From: Candidatus Cloacimonadales bacterium
GTDB taxonomy: Bacteria; Cloacimonadota; Cloacimonadia; Cloacimonadales; DAONDQ01
Assembly (NCBI GenBank): GCA_963662275.1
Contig: OY759316.1
Coordinates: 3,552,001-3,616,000 of the forward strand
DNA length: 64,000 nt
Direction: 5' to 3'
In this document: positions 59,046 through 64,000 of the stretch, one piece after another
Layout of the letters: the number at the start of each line of letters is the position of its first letter
Numbering within the stretch: position 1 is the stretch's first letter
Notes under the pieces: generated by a model
The model's input: the letters and a program-made list of their open reading frames with translations, nothing else
What the model was told of the DNA's origin: nothing
Database searches by the model: none
Translations under genes and position numbers: made by a program

Positions 59046-59904
59046 GATCACGCTTTTTTCAGCAAAAGATTCTTTTGTAAATGCTGTGCTGATTGAATAT
59101 GATACATTCCAGGTCTGCATAGATACTCTTCACTTACCAACTGACAGCAAGGAATTATCTTCTTTCATTCTCTCAAAAAATAAACCATTGAAATACCTCA
59201 TCAATACTCATGGTCATAGCGATCACTGTTTCGGAAATCGGACTCTTTATCAGCCTGGTACTTATCTCATCTCACATGAGAAATATCTACTTACTAATTT
59301 GGCAGAGAGAGCTTTTCTGAAGAACGTTCCGACAAGGATCAGTTCTTCAAAAATCATGCAGCCGGATATCACCTTTTCTGAGAAACTCAATATCCCCGAA
59401 TGTGATATGCAAATCATTCATACACCCGGTCATAGTCCTGATGCCTCTGTTATATATCTAGCTGAGAAGAAGTTACTCATTACTGGTGATACTGTCCTGA
59501 ACAGTGATTCGGAGTTGATAGCTATTCCCTATTTCTACTGGGATGATTTGGATTTGATGCTGAGTTCCCTGGAAAAACTGTCCGAAATGGACATCGGAAA
59601 AATTTTGACTGGACATGGAAATCCATGTCAATATAATAAGATTGAAAAAGATATTCTATATTTGAAGAACTTCAAACGGCTGATGGATGAATTCATGGAT
59701 ATGAATGCACTTATGACGATAGATCAGATGAAGGAAATGACTTTCATGCAGATTAGTGCTGAAGATTGCCTACCCGGGACAAATAAGAAGGACTTTTGGG
59801 TACTGAAAATGCATCAGCTTAACCAGGAAAGATACATTGAATGGAAGATTAATGGTAAATCAGTAGAATCACTTGCTTTTTCAATGCAAAAGAATGAAAT
59901 TTGA
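59020..59904 (+). CDS. MBL-fold metallo-hydrolase
   Basis: INTHGHSDHCFGN, TPGHS, TGD, GHG. Confidence 0.88.
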   Translation: MKQTKIDNEITLFSAKDSFVNAVLIEYDTFQVCIDTLHLPTDSKELSSFILSKNKPLKYLINTHGHSDHCFGNRTLYQPGTYLISHEKYLLTNLAERAFLKNVPTRISSSKIMQPDITFSEKLNIPECDMQIIHTPGHSPDASVIYLAEKKLLITGDTVLNSDSELIAIPYFYWDDLDLMLSSLEKLSEMDIGKILTGHGNPCQYNKIEKDILYLKNFKRLMDEFMDMNALMTIDQMKEMTFMQISAEDCLPGTNKKDFWVLKMHQLNQERYIEWKINGKSVESLAFSMQKNEI

Positions 59905-59934
59905 AAGAAATCATATATCATACTGGAGGAATTC

Positions 59935-62430
59935 ATGAAGAAAATACTCTTATTACTAGTGATTGCAACCTTATTGATGACCTGCTTGTGGTCTGCTAAC
60001 CGGGTTATCGTTCGTTATGATAATCCAAGTACACAATTATTTCATCGTTTTTTAACAGAAAAAGCTGATATCGCAGCTTATCATCCCGGGATGTTCCTGG
60101 ATATAGTCGTTCCTCAAGAGCAAGTAACTCAATTACAGAATGAGTATCCTTCATTGCGCGTGATTCAGACCGAAGAACAAAGCCAGGCAAATCTTCACTC
60201 ACAGGAAAGGGATATTCCTGGCTATCGTTCCTATGATACAATGTTAACAGAATTACAAGCCATTGCTGCTGCACATCCTAATATCTGCCGATTATACAAT
60301 TTGGGAGAAACCTTGGGTAAACAGTATTTTGATGCAGGGAATAATCAGTATCAGCCGTATCAATTCAATATTTGGGCAATGAAAGTTTCCGATAATCCGG
60401 ATGTTGAAGAAGATGAACCCGGAGTTTATTATCTTGGACCTCATCATGCTCGCGAACCTCTTGCAGTTGAAGTAACCATGGAAATTCTGCATGAGCTTGT
60501 TGATAATTACGGTACGGATACTGAAATGACTGATCGAGTCAATAATATGCAGGTTTGGTTCGTCCCCCTGGTCAATCCTGATGGACATGAAGTTGTTTGG
60601 AGTGGTTTAGATATCTGGTGGCGTAAGAATATTCGAGATAATAACATCAATGGTGTTTTCGATAGCTATTATCAATATGGTTATGGTGAAGATGGTGTTG
60701 ACTTAAATCGCAATTATGGCACATATTGGGGTGCTCTGGGGGCAACAGATGATTTGTTCTCCCCTATATATCATGGAATCAGTGCTTTTTCTGAACCGGA
60801 AACCGTGATCATCAAGAACTTACTTGATTCTCATCATTTTGTTGCCGGTATCAGTTATCATACTTACGCCGGGCTTGTGCTCTACCCGACTGGATACTAC
60901 GTGGGAGCCAATGCTCCTGATTTTGATGCTTTACAAGCGTTAGCACAGGAAATGGCTGCTACAATACCGGATTATACAGCAGAATCAGAAGCTGAACTAT
61001 ATCCTGCCATGGGCGGAACGGATGACTATTCCTATGCAGAGCAAGGTACTTTTGCCTTCACCATAGAACTGGGAATCAATGAATTCATCCCACCTTCAGA
61101 GGAAATGAACGAGATCGTTGATCAAAATATGGATGCTGCCTTTATCCTAATGGATCGTGTTAAAACCTTATGTATCACAGGAATTGTTACAGATAGCCTG
61201 ACGAATCAACCCTTAGTTGCAACTATCACTGTCCCGGGAGTGGATAACCAGGGAGCCTATCGCAAACCATATCAAAGTGATGCTCAATATGGCAGATATT
61301 ATCGTTTGCTAGTTCCAAATTACCCGGTTATCAAATATTCTGCATACGGTTATAAGACAAAAACACAAGAAAATATATTACTGGATTTCGATGCACAAAC
61401 GATCATAGATTGCCAATTAGTTCCTGCCCTTCCTGCTTCTTTATCAGGAAGAGTAACGAGTGGTACTACCCTGGAAGCGATTTCCGGAGCAACTGTTAAG
61501 TTCCCTGGCACTCCAATTGGAGATACTGTGACTGATGCGAATGGGTATTTTACAATCACAAACACTTATGAAGGAACTTATACGATTGAAATCTACAAGG
61601 AAGGTTATGATTGGCTATGTGTTCCAGTGACTCTAAATGTCGGAGATAATCATATTGAATGGCAAATTCTGCTTCCTACCATCAATGTGACTTTTGAGTC
61701 CCCTTTGCAATGGATTACTACCGGATCATGGGTAACCACAACAGTGCAACATGTCTCCGGTTCACATTGCCTGACTGATAGCCAAGGTGATTACAGTGAA
61801 GTACCAGAATCAACAATAGCCCAATATCCTGTAGCAATTGATCTTCAAGATACACCGAATGTATCTGTTTCTTTTATGGTAAAGACGGATCTTCTCCAAA
61901 ATTATGATTATGTGAATTTTGAAGCCTCCAGGAATGGAACGGATTGGCTGACAATTGATTCCTATTACAATTCATCGAATTGGACACCAAAGACCTATAA
62001 TCTGAACCAATTCATACCTGGAAATCTGTATCTGCGTTTCCATATGGTCACAACGGGATACGGTATTGCAGATGGTATTTACATCGATGATTTTAAAGTA
62101 TTTTTGAACAGCCTTATTGTACCTGCAATTACGATTACACAGCCGGCATTGAAATTATCCTTACAGCAAAATAACCCGAATCCCTTTAATCCCGAAACCG
62201 CGATCAGCTATACAATACCAATGTCAGCCAATATCAGTCTGAATATCTTTAACATCAAAGGGCAAAAGGTTAGGACTCTTGTTTCCGAAAAACAGGAACG
62301 TGGAAATCACAGTATTCGTTGGGATGGAAAAGATGCATTAGGGAACAATGCTGCCTCTGGTGTTTATTTCTATCGACTTGATGCTGAAGGGCAGCCTTCT
62401 CAGACGAGGAAGATGCTGCTGCTGAAGTAG
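59935..62430 (+). CDS. secreted M14 zinc carboxypeptidase with CarboxypepD_reg domains and FlgD/T9SS-type C-terminal domain
   Basis: HHARE, VNPDG, WRKN, GVDLNRNY, FSEPET, SYHT, FTIELG. C-terminal NPNPFNP..NIKGQKV..ASGVYFY. Confidence 0.9.
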   Translation: MKKILLLLVIATLLMTCLWSANRVIVRYDNPSTQLFHRFLTEKADIAAYHPGMFLDIVVPQEQVTQLQNEYPSLRVIQTEEQSQANLHSQERDIPGYRSYDTMLTELQAIAAAHPNICRLYNLGETLGKQYFDAGNNQYQPYQFNIWAMKVSDNPDVEEDEPGVYYLGPHHAREPLAVEVTMEILHELVDNYGTDTEMTDRVNNMQVWFVPLVNPDGHEVVWSGLDIWWRKNIRDNNINGVFDSYYQYGYGEDGVDLNRNYGTYWGALGATDDLFSPIYHGISAFSEPETVIIKNLLDSHHFVAGISYHTYAGLVLYPTGYYVGANAPDFDALQALAQEMAATIPDYTAESEAELYPAMGGTDDYSYAEQGTFAFTIELGINEFIPPSEEMNEIVDQNMDAAFILMDRVKTLCITGIVTDSLTNQPLVATITVPGVDNQGAYRKPYQSDAQYGRYYRLLVPNYPVIKYSAYGYKTKTQENILLDFDAQTIIDCQLVPALPASLSGRVTSGTTLEAISGATVKFPGTPIGDTVTDANGYFTITNTYEGTYTIEIYKEGYDWLCVPVTLNVGDNHIEWQILLPTINVTFESPLQWITTGSWVTTTVQHVSGSHCLTDSQGDYSEVPESTIAQYPVAIDLQDTPNVSVSFMVKTDLLQNYDYVNFEASRNGTDWLTIDSYYNSSNWTPKTYNLNQFIPGNLYLRFHMVTTGYGIADGIYIDDFKVFLNSLIVPAITITQPALKLSLQQNNPNPFNPETAISYTIPMSANISLNIFNIKGQKVRTLVSEKQERGNHSIRWDGKDALGNNAASGVYFYRLDAEGQPSQTRKMLLLK

Positions 62431-62439
62431 CAGGCAGAA

Positions 62440-62993
62440 GCTTACAGCGGACAGGTAACAGCTTACAGCGGACAGGTAACAGCTTACAGCGGACAGGTAA
62501 CAGCATACAGCGGACAGGTAACAGCATACAGCGGACAGGTAACAGCATACAGCGGACAGGTAACAGCATACAGCGGACAGGTAACAGCATACAGCGGACA
62601 GGTAACAGCATACAGCGGACAGGTAACTGCATACAGCGGACAGGTAACAGCATACAGCGGACAGGTAACAGCATACAGCGGACAGGTAACAGCATACAGC
62701 GGACAGGTAACAGCATACAGCGGACAGGTAACAGCATACAGCGGACAGGTAACAGCATACAGCGGACAGGTAACAGCATACAGCGGACAGGTAACAGCAT
62801 ACAGCGGACAGGTAACAGCATACAGCGGACAGGTAACAGCATACAGCGGACAGGTAACAGCATACAGCGGACAGGTAACAGCATACAGCGGACAGGTAAC
62901 AGCATACAGCGGACAGGTAACAGCATACAGCGGACAGGTAACAGCTTACAGCGGACAGGTAACAGCATACAGCGGACAGGTAACAGCTTACAG
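62440..62993. repeat. 21-bp tandem repeat x26 (GC[A/T]TACAGCGGACAGGTAACA), made of three heptamers
   Basis: Exact 21-bp period from 62440 to 62985, plus a partial unit. Confidence 0.97.
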
Positions 62994-63018
62994 GCAGAGC
63001 AGAACTTGGCTTTAAAAT

Positions 63019-63049
63019 ATCCCCCCTTGGGAAGGGGGGCAGGGGGGTC
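63019..63049. repeat. solo copy of the DUF559-array 31-bp repeat
   Basis: ATCCCCCCTTGGGAAGGGGGGCAGGGGGGTC, one mismatch to the array repeat. Confidence 0.9.
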
Positions 63050-63633
63050 AAATTCTGCTCTGCTTTTGTGTTTTTCATCTTAAAAGCTTCCCTCTTTTGA
63101 GCACAAGAGAGGGATGAGAGGGTGAGTTCGTGGTTGACTTTCTTCTCTGCAAATCTTAAATCTTAAATCTTAAATTCTGCCCCTCTTCTCTGTACTTCGC
63201 ACTTCGAAGTTCGAACTTCGCACTTCTCTCAGGATCCTCTCACAAATCTCTCACATCCTAAGAGATTTCTCACGCTATTTTCTGTGAATTCCATCCTCTT
63301 CCTCTCCGAATTTTCTTTCTGCTCTTTTTCCGAGCTATTCCCTACTCCCTATTCCCTTTTGCCCTTTTCTTTTCCGCTCTCTTTCCGCCCTGTTCGCTAT
63401 ACGCTATTCCCTTCTGCATATACTATCCGGACGGTTGTGGTTTTTTTTGTAGCTTACATTGGCAATGTGTTGTAACTGATAATGGTATTGTCAGATTTTC
63501 CATCAGGGATTGCCAATCCCCTCATACAACAGAATGCCATTCTATGTTACAATGCTGTGGCTATTTCCTTCAGATAATGTGTTTGCATGGTTTTGTAGCG
63601 CTTACTTCAGGATGTATCTGGTATGAAGAGCAG

Positions 63634-63719
63634 ACAGCAGGAACGGCGTCCTACTCTACAGCCAAACAGCAGGAACGGCGTCCTACTCTATAGCCAAACA
63701 GCAGGAACGGCGTCTTGCT
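63634..63719. repeat. 32-bp tandem repeat (about 2.7 units), GTAG-type REP hairpins
   Basis: ACAGCAGGAACGGCGTCCTACTCTACAGCCAA at 63634, 63666 and 63698. The minus strand reads GTAG-AGTAGGA-CGCCGT-TCCTGCT. Confidence 0.8.
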
Positions 63720-64000
63720 TTACTTTAATAGCTGTGCCTTTTTCTCTTCCAATTCTGTCCATCTATCAAAACTACGGGATAGTTCTGATTCAATGGATTT
63801 TAGCTCTTCATCAATCTTGATGTAATCCTCAGATTTGAGTGAATTGTCATTCAATCTGTCATTCAGATTATTCTGCTGATTCTCCAAATCAGAAATACGT
63901 GTTTCCAGATCATCCAATTCCTTCTGGTCATTGAATGTCAACTTACGCTGGATACGCTCGGTTGTCTTTCTCACGTTCCTGGACTTATCCTGCTCTTCTT
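63720..64000 (-). CDS. C-terminus of ABC-F ATPase (Uup-like), 5' part outside window
   Basis: KLTFNDQKELDDLETRISDLE..RWTELE resembles the ABC_tran_CTD. The frame is open to the window edge. Confidence 0.75.
   Translation of the reverse strand, partial: EEQDKSRNVRKTTERIQRKLTFNDQKELDDLETRISDLENQQNNLNDRLNDNSLKSEDYIKIDEELKSIESELSRSFDRWTELEEKKAQLLK

Noticed and set aside
62440..62993. CRISPR array
   Set aside because: The units are contiguous with no unique spacers, and there are no cas genes in the window.
62270..63078. Two long minus-strand ORFs (MLLPVRC)n and (CYLSAVC)n
   Set aside because: They are by-products of a stop-free 21-bp tandem repeat and overlap the carboxypeptidase gene on the antisense strand.

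Overview
AT-rich bacterial chromosomal window. The lineage is probably FCB-group, most likely Cloacimonadota; this is inferred from several secreted proteins with FlgD-like/T9SS-type C-terminal domains, FGE-sulfatase proteins and MGTQQ-type pilins. Left end (minus strand): a CNNM/hemolysin gene cut by the window edge, prfA, DUF1385, rpmE, glyA, rpiB and a phosphate acyltransferase. About 9-27 kb holds a compact, atypical type IV pilus locus. It has three tandem pilins behind a sigma54 promoter, PilC, PilB, two minor pilins, a receiver-cNMP protein, PilT, fused PilM/N-TPR and PilO/P-like proteins, a secretin fused to a C-terminal beta-barrel, and a 15-repeat lipoprotein tipped by an FGE-sulfatase (C-type lectin fold) domain. 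The most unusual region is about 28.9-36.1 kb. It is a tandem array of seven near-identical DUF559 (Vsr-like) endonuclease genes, each bracketed by an inverted 31-bp G/C-rich palindromic repeat, with modular variable spacers and an intact IS21 inserted in copy 5. A solo copy of the same repeat lies 27 kb away. The rest contains an NtrC/histidine kinase pair, an aminotransferase, DUF374, lpxB, duplicated lipoproteins, a frameshifted giant beta-helix protein, a TetR-TolC-HlyD-ABC permease cassette, an M14 carboxypeptidase and a partial ABC-F gene. Intergenic DNA is rich in GTAG-type REP hairpins and heptamer-based tandem repeats. I saw no rRNA, tRNA, CRISPR array or reverse transcriptase. All family assignments come from motif recognition, not database searches.
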